Shown: in pieces, positions 1-8,240 of the stretch | Numbering within the stretch: position 1 is the stretch's first letter | Layout of the letters: each line of letters begins with the position of its first letter | Assembly: GCA_963665295.1 (NCBI GenBank) | Contig: OY762209.1 | Coordinates: 192,001-256,000, forward strand | Length of the DNA: 64,000 nucleotides | Source: Syntrophorhabdaceae bacterium | Lineage (GTDB): Bacteria; Desulfobacterota; Syntrophorhabdia; Syntrophorhabdales; Syntrophorhabdaceae | Direction of reading: 5' to 3' | Notes under the pieces: generated by a model | The model's database searches: none | What the model saw: only the letters and a program-made list of their open reading frames with translations | What the model was told of the DNA's origin: nothing | Position numbers and translations under genes: made by a program

Positions 1-507
1 GTCAACCCGATGCGGGTTAACGAGTGCACACCGTTCCGAGTAACCGCACTCGGGGGCGGCAAACTTCGGGTTGATCAGGCACATGTGCATCGAATGCCAC
101 TCCCACCTTCATTGAGCGCAAGGCGATGTTGGCGACGGTTAGTCATAACTCTAGCATGGCTATCACCCGTCAACCCCGCTCATCAGGCATGGCGACGGGC
201 CGCACTTTCGCTCAGTCCGCCAAAACAGCCACTTGCCGTGGACCGAAAGGAAGCGGACGGGCGAGCTGTGCAACGAGGCACCGTGCAGCATGAAGTCCTG
301 GAAGGGGATCGGGCTTCAGCCTTTGTTGACGGTGATGCTCTTGAGGTACTTGTCAGTTGCCGTTCAGATGCGGGGACCCTTGAGGAGGCTGTGCCTTATT
401 CGCTTGCTCTAACGCTTGAGATCGCGGAGGAAGTAGGGGTTGACATTTACAACGAGGTGCGCATACGGGTTCAACCAACCCGAATTGAGATTGCAGCATC
501 TGAGTGA
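1..507 (+). CDS. C-terminal part of an S8-family subtilase-like peptidase (Y4bN/IetS type), 5'-truncated by the window edge
   Basis: Frame is open from base 1. RRLVITLAWLSPVNP, RGTVQHE and PYSLALTLE..IYNEVR match the C-terminal domain of AAA-ATPase-associated subtilases. Catalytic triad lies outside the window. Confidence 0.7.
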   Translation, partial: VNPMRVNECTPFRVTALGGGKLRVDQAHVHRMPLPPSLSARRCWRRLVITLAWLSPVNPAHQAWRRAALSLSPPKQPLAVDRKEADGRAVQRGTVQHEVLEGDRASAFVDGDALEVLVSCRSDAGTLEEAVPYSLALTLEIAEEVGVDIYNEVRIRVQPTRIEIAASE

Positions 508-543
508 TTGCTCTCTTCCTCACTCACAGCAACGTGCGATCAA

Positions 544-699
544 TGAGGTAAACTGACTCCCCTGGTCGGTGTTGAAGATGTCTGGCGTTCCATAGTTCCG
601 TAATGCTTCCTCAAGGGCCTCGATGCAGAATGAGGCATCCAGGGTATTCGACAATCTGAAGGAGAGTACCTTTCTGCTTACCCAGTCCATAATAGCCAG
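544..699 (-). pseudogene. IS3-family transposase fragment (rve integrase core)
   Basis: LAIMDWVSRKVLSFRLSNTLDASFCIEALEEAL..GTPDIFNTDQGSQFTS is IS3 DDE core sequence. Only ~52 codons remain, truncated on both sides. Confidence 0.85.
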
Positions 700-973
700 G
701 GCACCAGGGGACGTTCGTGACAAATGGACATTTCATCTTTCTTCCTGAACTTCCCCTTGAAGCCTGGTTATCACCCTTTGACGCGAGACAGATGCCCGAC
801 GACCGCTCGCGATGGTTGGGCTCTTTCACAGCCCGGGGGCACTAGGGGACGTTCGTGACAAATGGACATTTCATCTTTTTTCCTGAACTTCCCCTTGAAG
901 TCTGGTTATCACCCTTTGACGCGAGACAGATGCCCGACGACCGCTCGCGATGGTTGGGCTCTTTCACAGCCCG
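699..973. repeat. Tandem duplication of a 138-bp non-coding unit (about 699-836 and 837-973)
   Basis: Two near-identical copies of gcac(c/t)aggggacgttcgtgacaaatggac...ctctttcacagcccg with about 3 substitutions. Confidence 0.95.
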
Positions 974-979
974 TATGTC

Positions 980-3253
980 CTACGTCAAGGGCTGACCCCT
1001 ATGTTCTTTCCTTATGGATTTGAGTATTTCCTGAGTACGCCTCACGCCGTCCTGGTAGTCCGGGGTGCCCGGCAGCACGAGGTCAAGGCGTTGCCAGATG
1101 AGCAAAGCTTCATCATACGCCTCTTCAGCCTCTGTGAGGCTGCCCTGGATGCGGGCTATGTCGCCTACTTTATTGAGGGATATGCTCATGTCGCGGAGGG
1201 CTTCGGGGGTGTCGCCTGTCTTGTCCCTGATGTCGCGAGCAATCTTCAAACTGTCCCGGTAGGCCTCTTCAGCCGCTGTGAGGTTGCCTTGGGCGCGGGC
1301 TATGTCGCCTACGTTGTCGAGAAATACGCTAATGTCGCGGAGGGCTTGGGGGGTGTCGCCTGTCTTGTCCCTGATGTCGCGAGCAATCTTCAAACTCTCC
1401 CGGTAGGCCTCTTCAGCCGCTGTGAGGTTGCCTTGGGCTTGGGCTATGTCGCCTACTTTATTGAGGGATATGCTCATGTCGCGGAGAGCTTCGGGGGTGT
1501 CGCCTGTCTTGTCCCTGATGTCGCGAGCAATCTTCAAACTCTCCCGGTAGGCCTCTTCAGCCGCTGTGAGGTTGCCTTGGGCTTCGGCTATATCGCCTAC
1601 TTTATTGAGGGATACGCTCATGTCGCGGAGGGCTTGGGGGGTGTCGCCTGTCTTGTCCCTGATGTCGCGAGCAATCTTCAAACTCTCCCGGTAGGCCTCT
1701 TCAGCCGCTGTGAGGTTGCCTTGGGCTTCGGCTATATCGCCTACTTTATTGAGGGATACGCTCATGTCGCGGAGGGCTTCAGGGGTATCGCCTGTCTTGT
1801 CTCTGATGTCGCGACGTATGTTCAGACTCTCCCGGTAGGCCTCTTCAGCCGCTGTGAGGTTGCCTTGGGCTTCGGCTATATCGCCTACTTTATTGAGGGA
1901 TACGCTCATGTCGCGGAGGGCTTCGGGGGTGTCGCCTGTCTTATCCCTGATGTCGCGAGCAATCTTCAAACTCTCCCGGTAGGCCTCTTCAGCCTCTGTG
2001 AGGTTGCCCTGGGCACGGGCTATGTCACCTACTCTGTTGAGCGATATGCTCATGTAGCGGAGGGCTTCAGGGGTGTCGCCTGTCTTGTCCCTGATGTCGC
2101 GAGCAATCTTCAAACTCTCCCGGTAGGCCTCTTCAGCCGCTGTGAGGTTGCCTTGGGCTTGGGCTATGTCGCCTACTTTATTGAGGTATACGCTCATGTC
2201 GCGGAGGGCTTGGGGGGTGTCGCCTGTCTTGTCCCTGATGTCGCGAGCAATCTTCAAACTCTCCCGGTAGGCCTCTTCAGCCGCTGTGAGGTTGCCTTGG
2301 GCTTCGGCTATATCGCCTACTTTATTGAGGGATACGCTCATGTCGCGGAGGGCTTCAGGGGTATCGCCTGTCTTGTCTCTGATGTCGCGACGTATGTTCA
2401 GACTCTCCCGGTAGGCATCTTCAGCGGCTGTGAGGTTGCCCTGGGCTTGGGCTATGTAGCCTACTCTGTCGAGGGATATGCTCATGTCGCGGAGTGAACC
2501 ATTGTCTCCTGTTTCCGCAAGAGCTTTTGAGAGGACACGGAGATCTTTTGCGATCTCCTCCGCCAAGGAGAGTCTCCTGAGGCTGAGCGCCGCGTCAAAG
2601 GCCTGAACCCCTGCAATCAGCGCCTCGCGGCCCTTCTGCTTCCTCTTTCTCAGTCGTTCCCATTCTTTGATCCGGCCATCGTAGAATTTCAGGAAAGATG
2701 GGTCCGTTGTATTTATTGGAACGGGAGGGCGTTCATCGGTGCCCGTCGCGGCGTGTTCGTCCTCAATCCCGCCCATGTCGATGCTCAGGTTGCGTATGGA
2801 CCACATATCGGGGGCAAGGTCCCGGACCCGCGCCTGTGAACCTGAGGGAAGGACGAGAATCAACGGCCTTTTTGCGTGGCTCCGCACCAGTTCCCGGTGT
2901 TCATTGAGGCGCATGAGGATGTTGTCCCGCGCCTCCTGCCAGCGGCCTTCCCTGTCATTACTATAGAGTTCGATCCACAGGGGCGCCTGCATATGGTCCA
3001 ATACCCTGTCGGGGTTCCGAAAAAGATCCATTATTACTTCGACAGCGGATTCGGGGGATGAAGGCGTCATGGTCTGCAAGTGGGACATCTTTGCTCTTGC
3101 GAGGTTGGCAAGCCGTTCTCTGAAAACGTCCACAACGCGGTTTGCCGACGAAAAAAGAAAGATAAGGCCAAAGCCCTCCACCCAGTCCACGTGGTAGCGG
3201 AGCTCAAGCCAGGCCTTTTCCCCGTCTGCGGTGAGTCTAGGAGGCGGTGTCAT
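980..3253 (-). CDS. Tetratricopeptide-repeat protein with an N-terminal degenerate NTPase-like domain and ten 48-aa repeats
   Basis: 757-aa ORF. Repeat unit LRDMSISLNKVGDIAQAQGNLTAAEEAYRESLKIARDIRDKTGDTPEA. N-terminal LNEHRE..PLILVLP..APDMWSIR segment. Start overlaps the stop of the upstream ATPase. Confidence 0.85.
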   Translation of the reverse strand: MTPPPRLTADGEKAWLELRYHVDWVEGFGLIFLFSSANRVVDVFRERLANLARAKMSHLQTMTPSSPESAVEVIMDLFRNPDRVLDHMQAPLWIELYSNDREGRWQEARDNILMRLNEHRELVRSHAKRPLILVLPSGSQARVRDLAPDMWSIRNLSIDMGGIEDEHAATGTDERPPVPINTTDPSFLKFYDGRIKEWERLRKRKQKGREALIAGVQAFDAALSLRRLSLAEEIAKDLRVLSKALAETGDNGSLRDMSISLDRVGYIAQAQGNLTAAEDAYRESLNIRRDIRDKTGDTPEALRDMSVSLNKVGDIAEAQGNLTAAEEAYRESLKIARDIRDKTGDTPQALRDMSVYLNKVGDIAQAQGNLTAAEEAYRESLKIARDIRDKTGDTPEALRYMSISLNRVGDIARAQGNLTEAEEAYRESLKIARDIRDKTGDTPEALRDMSVSLNKVGDIAEAQGNLTAAEEAYRESLNIRRDIRDKTGDTPEALRDMSVSLNKVGDIAEAQGNLTAAEEAYRESLKIARDIRDKTGDTPQALRDMSVSLNKVGDIAEAQGNLTAAEEAYRESLKIARDIRDKTGDTPEALRDMSISLNKVGDIAQAQGNLTAAEEAYRESLKIARDIRDKTGDTPQALRDISVFLDNVGDIARAQGNLTAAEEAYRDSLKIARDIRDKTGDTPEALRDMSISLNKVGDIARIQGSLTEAEEAYDEALLIWQRLDLVLPGTPDYQDGVRRTQEILKSIRKEHRGQPLT
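1100..2494. repeat. Intragenic tandem array of ten 144-bp units
   Basis: gct(c/a)atgt(c/a)gcggag recurs at 1184, 1328 ... 2480 with an exact 144-bp period. Confidence 0.95.
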
Positions 3254-4562
3254 CCATGGTTTCCAGTTCGGATTGTATGAGAGGGTGAACGTCGTACCAG
3301 TCGTCGTCGTTTCTATAGTTCAGGACAAGGTGGGTGTCGAAAAACCGGGCAAGACGCGGCAATTCCCTTATTGCTTCCAGGTTCGGGCGTTTGCTGCACG
3401 CGATACCCCGAAGCCACTTCATGTCCTCCCTCGCAATGGGAAGCATATCGCGCCGCATCTGGTTTTCCGCGTCCCTCACGATCTTTTCCGTTACCCGTAG
3501 CTGGTCATCGATAGTGGCCTTTATGAGGCATTCCTTCACCATACGGAAAAAGTCTCTCAGGTCTCCCCCTGTCTTGGCTGCTATATCGTTTATCTGCGCC
3601 TCTGAAAAGAAATCATCCCATTTTTCAAAGCGCTTGCCGATAATGTCGCGCATGATCTCCAGACCCGCCGGATCATCCACGCATTGATTGGTATCAGGAT
3701 CCCTTCTCCTTATATGCACGCTCGGCAGATTGCATACGGTGCCGCCGCCGAGGCGCCGCCCCAGCCCGGGAGTTATAGGGGTAAGGTACGGAGGGATGGT
3801 ATAAACCACGTGAAGCAAGGGGAGATGCAGCTTGTCCGAATGACCGGAAAAAAGGTTCTCCACGCTCTTGTACACGTTCTCCGCATCGGCTCCGACGCCC
3901 TGGATCTGTTCCACGGAATCGACCAGAAGGACCACTTTCTTATCCTCGTCATTCTCCCGCCCCCTTATCGCCTCAACCACGGATGCGGCAAATTTGTGAG
4001 CCTCCTCCGTAAGGCGCGCCACATGCCCCTTGGACTTTTCCTGGAGGAGTCTCCTGAAACTGGGATCATCCTTGAGCGATGCCTTTATGTCGGCCTTGAA
4101 GACGCCAGGGGCGGTTTCAAGTTTGATCTGGTCGATGGAAACCTCCGTCTTCAGAAAATTCCTGAGCCTGTCCCAGTAGCTCTCGTGGGCAGGATCATAG
4201 CCGAACCGGGCGCTGAATTCGTCGCTCAAGGCCCCCATGACGGACACGAAAAAGTCCGATATATCGACGGAGGTGTTCAGGTTCATATAGTCGCGCATAT
4301 CGCACAAGAAAACGATGCAGCCGTTGCCTTCGAGCATCTTTTTCAGTCGCCTGAGCTCGGTGCTCTTGCCGCTGCCGCGCTGACCGGTGAGGAGGTTCAC
4401 GCTTGCCGCGTCACTCCAGTCTATCTTTTGGAAGAGGTTCTTAATCGGGTCGCCCGGGGCCTGTTCGAGGAAGGGCACATAATATTTGTCGCCCGGTTCC
4501 AGGGGCCGGTCGTTCAGGTTATTGTAAAACTGTTTCATGCGGTTCCGGATGTCATTGTCCAT
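3237..4562 (-). CDS. P-loop ATPase (AAA/KAP/STAND-like)
   Basis: Walker A GQRGSGKSTEL, Walker B VLLVDSVEQ, GGDLRDFF, C-terminal LNYRN..WYDVHPLI. ATG 4562 preceded by AAGGGGAAG. Confidence 0.85.
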   Translation of the reverse strand: MDNDIRNRMKQFYNNLNDRPLEPGDKYYVPFLEQAPGDPIKNLFQKIDWSDAASVNLLTGQRGSGKSTELRRLKKMLEGNGCIVFLCDMRDYMNLNTSVDISDFFVSVMGALSDEFSARFGYDPAHESYWDRLRNFLKTEVSIDQIKLETAPGVFKADIKASLKDDPSFRRLLQEKSKGHVARLTEEAHKFAASVVEAIRGRENDEDKKVVLLVDSVEQIQGVGADAENVYKSVENLFSGHSDKLHLPLLHVVYTIPPYLTPITPGLGRRLGGGTVCNLPSVHIRRRDPDTNQCVDDPAGLEIMRDIIGKRFEKWDDFFSEAQINDIAAKTGGDLRDFFRMVKECLIKATIDDQLRVTEKIVRDAENQMRRDMLPIAREDMKWLRGIACSKRPNLEAIRELPRLARFFDTHLVLNYRNDDDWYDVHPLIQSELETMDDTAS

Positions 4563-4677
4563 TATTTCTTCCCCTTTCCGGCAATGCGACACCTGTTCAT
4601 TAATGAAGAATAAAGAATGATCCCACGATTTTCAAGAAGATTATATTCAGAGTGACGGTCGTTGCGTAGTGCCGGGG

Positions 4678-4746
4678 CGGGGAGCGACCGGAAGGAACCC
4701 TCCCCGAAGCCCTCTCCCTCCCACCGGCAGGACATGTGCCGGAAAG
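4678..4746. repeat. Degenerate ~70-bp direct repeat, copy 1 (copy 2 at 5532-5600), flanking vapBC
   Basis: cggggagcgaccggaa(gg)aaccctccccga...caggac...cggaaa occurs on both sides of vapBC. Confidence 0.75.
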
Positions 4747-4785
4747 GGTTCTTTGTTCCATGGAGCCGACACATCTCTTATATAC

Positions 4786-5181
4786 TCACCAGAACCGGAG
4801 CGGGATGACCTTTGAAATTGCATTAAAGTCGTTATCATTGTGAAGGAGCATAAGATCGTGCTCCAGGGCGGTCTGCGCGATGAGACAATCGATTGTGCTC
4901 CTCACAGTGATTCCCTTCCTACGGCATTCCATGTAAAGTCTTGCTGCCTCCGCGAAGGAATCAACAGGGTCCTTCAGGTGATAGAAGTGCTGTGAGGACA
5001 AATAGCGTCTGAGAAGGGAGAATTCTCTCTCCGAAGCGGCCCCTTGAAGCACCTCTTGCAGGATAAAGGAGGTTATTCCGAAGGGTATCTTTCGTTCCAG
5101 GATGTCCTGGAGTTTCAGGCCGCCTTCGCTTTTTGAACCCTTCAAGAAGTCAATGAGAACCGAGGTATCGACAAGAATCAT
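4786..5181 (-). CDS. vapC: PIN-domain toxin VapC
   Basis: MILVDTSVLIDF, ILQEVLQG, TIDCLIAQTA, LLHNDNDF: the acidic PIN tetrad is present. Confidence 0.92.
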   Translation of the reverse strand: MILVDTSVLIDFLKGSKSEGGLKLQDILERKIPFGITSFILQEVLQGAASEREFSLLRRYLSSQHFYHLKDPVDSFAEAARLYMECRRKGITVRSTIDCLIAQTALEHDLMLLHNDNDFNAISKVIPLRFW

Positions 5182-5378
5182 CTTCCTTCACGTAGAGCCT
5201 TATAATCGTAGTTCGCGGCAAACTCAACCTTACCTGCAAGGTCAAGCAGGTTGAGACGCTTACGGTTTTCAACGAATTCCTTCAGCGCTTCATGGACAAG
5301 CTCTTTCTTTGTCGTTGCGTTGCTGAGTTTTAAGGCCTCAGCCACCAGGGCATCATCAAGGACTATGTTTGTTCTCAT
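5178..5378 (-). CDS. vapB: VapB-family antitoxin
   Basis: MRTNIVLDDALVAEALKLS..TKKELVHEAL. GGAGG RBS. ATGA overlap with vapC. Confidence 0.9.
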   Translation of the reverse strand: MRTNIVLDDALVAEALKLSNATTKKELVHEALKEFVENRKRLNLLDLAGKVEFAANYDYKALREGR

Positions 5379-5394
5379 TATACACCTCCATGTA

Positions 5395-5429
5395 TGTATA
5401 GCTATACACCCGGAAGGGGAGTCTGTCAA
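5395..5429 (-). promoter_or_regulatory. vapBC promoter (TTGACA-N17-TATAGC) overlapped by the perfect palindrome TGTATAGCTATACA
   Basis: -35 at 5429-5424 and -10 at 5406-5401. The 14-bp palindrome spans 5395-5408. Confidence 0.65.
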
Positions 5430-5531
5430 GATCGCATGACGCTGCGCCTCTCAGGTCTCCTTCGTCGAGCCTCACTGCACGCTCAAGCATCGAGAGAGGC
5501 GGAATTGAGCAAAGGGTCACATTTAAGCGCA

Positions 5532-5600
5532 CGGGGAGCGACCGGAACCCTCCCCGACCGGCCTTTCCCTCTCCCCCGCCGACAGGACGTACATCGGAAA
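5532..5600. repeat. Degenerate ~70-bp direct repeat, copy 2
   Basis: Matches 4678-4746. Confidence 0.75.
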
Positions 5601-5681
5601 AGCTGAATGATACCGGGGCGCGCCGCGTGCCCTCGCGTCAAAATCCTTGACAGATGCTTCGAGGCGGTGTAAAAGAGACCA

Positions 5682-6020
5682 ATGGAAAATATGAAACTTG
5701 CATACAAGGTATGGCTTGATAGGGGCGGCAAGGCATTCGGGGAAGGGCCCTTCCGGCTGCTCAAACTTGTTGAAAAAACGGGTTCCCTCCACCAGGCCGC
5801 CATGGAGATGAAGATGTCGTACCGCAAGGCCTGGCTCACCATTCGCGCCATTGAAGAGAGGCTCGGATTCTCCCTTCTCGAACGGCATACCGGAGGCCAC
5901 TCAGGGGGAGGCTCCACCATCACCCCTGAAGGAGCGGACTTCATGAACCATTACGAGGCGTTTCGGACAGACGTGAAGGAAGCCCTCGACGCCGTTTACA
6001 AGAAGCATTTCGGCTCATAG
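5682..6020 (+). CDS. ModE-family winged-helix regulator (N-terminal domain only)
   Basis: FGEGPFRLLKLVEKTGSLHQAAMEMKMSYRKAW..GGHSGGGSTIT. No TOBE domains. TTGACA-N17-TAAAAG upstream at 5647-5675. Confidence 0.85.
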   Translation: MENMKLAYKVWLDRGGKAFGEGPFRLLKLVEKTGSLHQAAMEMKMSYRKAWLTIRAIEERLGFSLLERHTGGHSGGGSTITPEGADFMNHYEAFRTDVKEALDAVYKKHFGS

Positions 6021-6035
6021 CATGGCGCAGCCGTT

Positions 6036-7664
6036 TCAGGCCGGGTTCAGCCTGGCCTCGATCGCCTGAACAAGCCCTTCCACGCCTTCCTTCTTGAGAC
6101 ATGATACGGAAACGGATTCGTGCCGGTCTTCCATAAGCCTCACCACGCTCCTGTCCACCTTGTCTATCTTGTTGAACACGATAAGACGCGGCTTCCCGCT
6201 TAAGCCCAGGGTGGAGAGTAACCTATCCACCACGTTCATCCGCTCTTCGAAGTCGGGTGCGCTCACGTCCACAAGGTGAAGGAGCAGGTGCGCGTCCTCC
6301 AGTTCCTCCAGGGTAGCCATGAATGCCCGCACAAGCACCTGGGGCAGCCCTTTTATGAATCCCACCGTATCGGTGACGATAATGTTTTTCCGCTCGGGAT
6401 ACTTGATGAGCCGCGTAGTCGGGTTCAGGGTGCTGAACGGCTTGTCTTCCGCTTCCACCTTGCTCTTGGTAAGGAGGTTGAGGAGAGTCGATTTCCCTGA
6501 ATTCGTATATCCCACGATGGAGACTATGGGAATGCCGGAAAGTCGCCTTTTCTCCCTTTTTTTATCCCGCACCTTCTCGATTTCACCAAGGCGCTTCTCC
6601 AGAAAGCCTATCTTCTCCCTTACCCTTCTTTTGTCGATTTCGAGCTTTGTCTCTCCGGGGCCCCTTCCCCCGATCCCGCCGGTCAACCGTGAAAGCGCCG
6701 TATTCCGGCCTGCAAGCCTGGGCAGGATGTACCTCAACTGGGCCAATTCCACCTGGATCTTCGCCTCCGTGGTCTGGGCCCTGCCCGCGAATATGTCCAA
6801 GATAAGCTGGTTCCTGTCGATGACCCTGAGGTCGGTCAAGGCCGATATATTTTTTATCTGGCCGGGAGACAATTCTTCGTCGAACACGAGGAGGTCCACA
6901 CCGAGCTGCTGGCACCTCATGAGGATTTCCTCCACCTTGCCCTTGCCGATAAGGTACTTGGGGTGCAAATCCTTCGGCCTCTGCACTACGGCGTCGAGGA
7001 CGGTGATACCTGCGGAATAACAGAGGTCCTTCATCTCCGCAATATGTTCCTCCACGTCCTTATCCGTTCTCGGCGGGACGACGGACACGACGATGCACCT
7101 TTCCCGGTCGCCTTCGACCAGGTAATACCTTCCCCTCGCCTTGACGAACTCGTTTTCAAGCTCCGTGATGAACTCGATGAAATCCATGTCCAGTTCCTGG
7201 AACGAGAGGGGGCCTATGAAATCCCACACTTGGCCCGATTTGCCTTCAGGCACGAGATGTCCGATGTGGATGAACTCTCCCGCCTCTCCTCTTCTCTCCA
7301 AGATGGAGGCTACGAGGTCGAGCTGAAGGATGGCGAGGTCGCTCAAGTCTTCCTTCGAGAGAAGCTCGCCGTTCAAGTGAGTATGGACAAACCTGAGACC
7401 CCTGAAGCGCGCCCTTCCCACCCGTTCCGTGGTAAGAGGTGGTATTTCTATCTTTGCCCGGTCGCCCACGATCACGCGCTCGACCACGCCCCTCCTGTTG
7501 ATAAGGAGGCCCACCTGGCGTCCCGTGTCCTTCGACACTTCCATAATGTTCCGCGCAACGTCAAAAGGTATGACGTCCGCCGGCTCTATCCTTTTTTTGT
7601 AGAGTTTCTCGAGTCTTCGTTTTGTGAGGTGATCAAGTCCCTGGGTATTTCCGTATATGTCTAT
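6036..7664 (-). CDS. hflX: GTPase HflX, long form; probable ATA (7664) or ATT (7667) start, first ATG at 7544
   Basis: GRGPGETKLE, GYTNSGKST, DTVGFI, NKID. N-terminal IYGNTQGL...RLEKLY lies in frame upstream of the first ATG. Confidence 0.92.
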   Translation of the reverse strand: MDIYGNTQGLDHLTKRRLEKLYKKRIEPADVIPFDVARNIMEVSKDTGRQVGLLINRRGVVERVIVGDRAKIEIPPLTTERVGRARFRGLRFVHTHLNGELLSKEDLSDLAILQLDLVASILERRGEAGEFIHIGHLVPEGKSGQVWDFIGPLSFQELDMDFIEFITELENEFVKARGRYYLVEGDRERCIVVSVVPPRTDKDVEEHIAEMKDLCYSAGITVLDAVVQRPKDLHPKYLIGKGKVEEILMRCQQLGVDLLVFDEELSPGQIKNISALTDLRVIDRNQLILDIFAGRAQTTEAKIQVELAQLRYILPRLAGRNTALSRLTGGIGGRGPGETKLEIDKRRVREKIGFLEKRLGEIEKVRDKKREKRRLSGIPIVSIVGYTNSGKSTLLNLLTKSKVEAEDKPFSTLNPTTRLIKYPERKNIIVTDTVGFIKGLPQVLVRAFMATLEELEDAHLLLHLVDVSAPDFEERMNVVDRLLSTLGLSGKPRLIVFNKIDKVDRSVVRLMEDRHESVSVSCLKKEGVEGLVQAIEARLNPA

Positions 7665-7745
7665 AATGTGCCCCTGTGTTTGTCAGGAAGGCAACGCCGT
7701 ATCGGGCGCAGACCGCCTTGTTTTCGCTCCGTCTTCGACCTCGTG

Positions 7746-8240
7746 TCAGGCGCTCGCAATAAGGTCGCGGTCTATTTCCATGCGGGCACAGTACTGTATA
7801 CCATCCAGGAGTATGGCAACCCGCTCTTTCCCGTCAAGCTCTTTTTCAAAAACGCCGCTCAGGTTTTTGAAGGGCCCTTCCTTTATGACAACCCTTTCGC
7901 CTTCCTGAAACCTTCTCTGTTCTATGGTCGCCATCCCGTCTTCAAGCCTGGACTTGATAAAGTCGATCAGATCGTCGCGAACCGGGACGATCCGGCCGCC
8001 GAAATTGACAATGGCCTTAATCCCTCTCGTGTACTTCACAAGACGGAACTCATCGACAGGGTGGAACCTTACAAATATATAGCCGGGAAACATGGGTTCT
8101 ATCACATATACAAAATGACCCTCTTTGAACTTCCTCAGCCTGAGTCTGGGGGCGAGCACCTCTATGCCTCCCTGCTGGAGGTTGTTGGCGGCCCTCTCCT
8201 CATTTCTCGGTTTTGTGGTAACTACGTACCATCTTCTCAT
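7746..8240 (-). CDS. NusG-paralogue transcription antiterminator (RfaH/UpxY/LoaP-like); alternative TTG start at 8258
   Basis: WYVVTTKPRNE, EPMFPGYIFV (NGN domain), GERVVIKEGPFKNLSG (KOW domain). Confidence 0.88.
   Translation of the reverse strand: MRRWYVVTTKPRNEERAANNLQQGGIEVLAPRLRLRKFKEGHFVYVIEPMFPGYIFVRFHPVDEFRLVKYTRGIKAIVNFGGRIVPVRDDLIDFIKSRLEDGMATIEQRRFQEGERVVIKEGPFKNLSGVFEKELDGKERVAILLDGIQYCARMEIDRDLIASA

Noticed and set aside
699..973. 138-bp repeats as a CRISPR array or integron attC sites (GTTGGGC present)
   Set aside because: Only two adjacent copies, no spacers, no cas or integrase gene, and no matching RYYYAAC partner forming an attC hairpin.
950..2497. 515-aa plus-strand ORF
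   Set aside because: Antisense shadow of the TPR array. One stop-free 144-bp unit repeated ten times explains its length.
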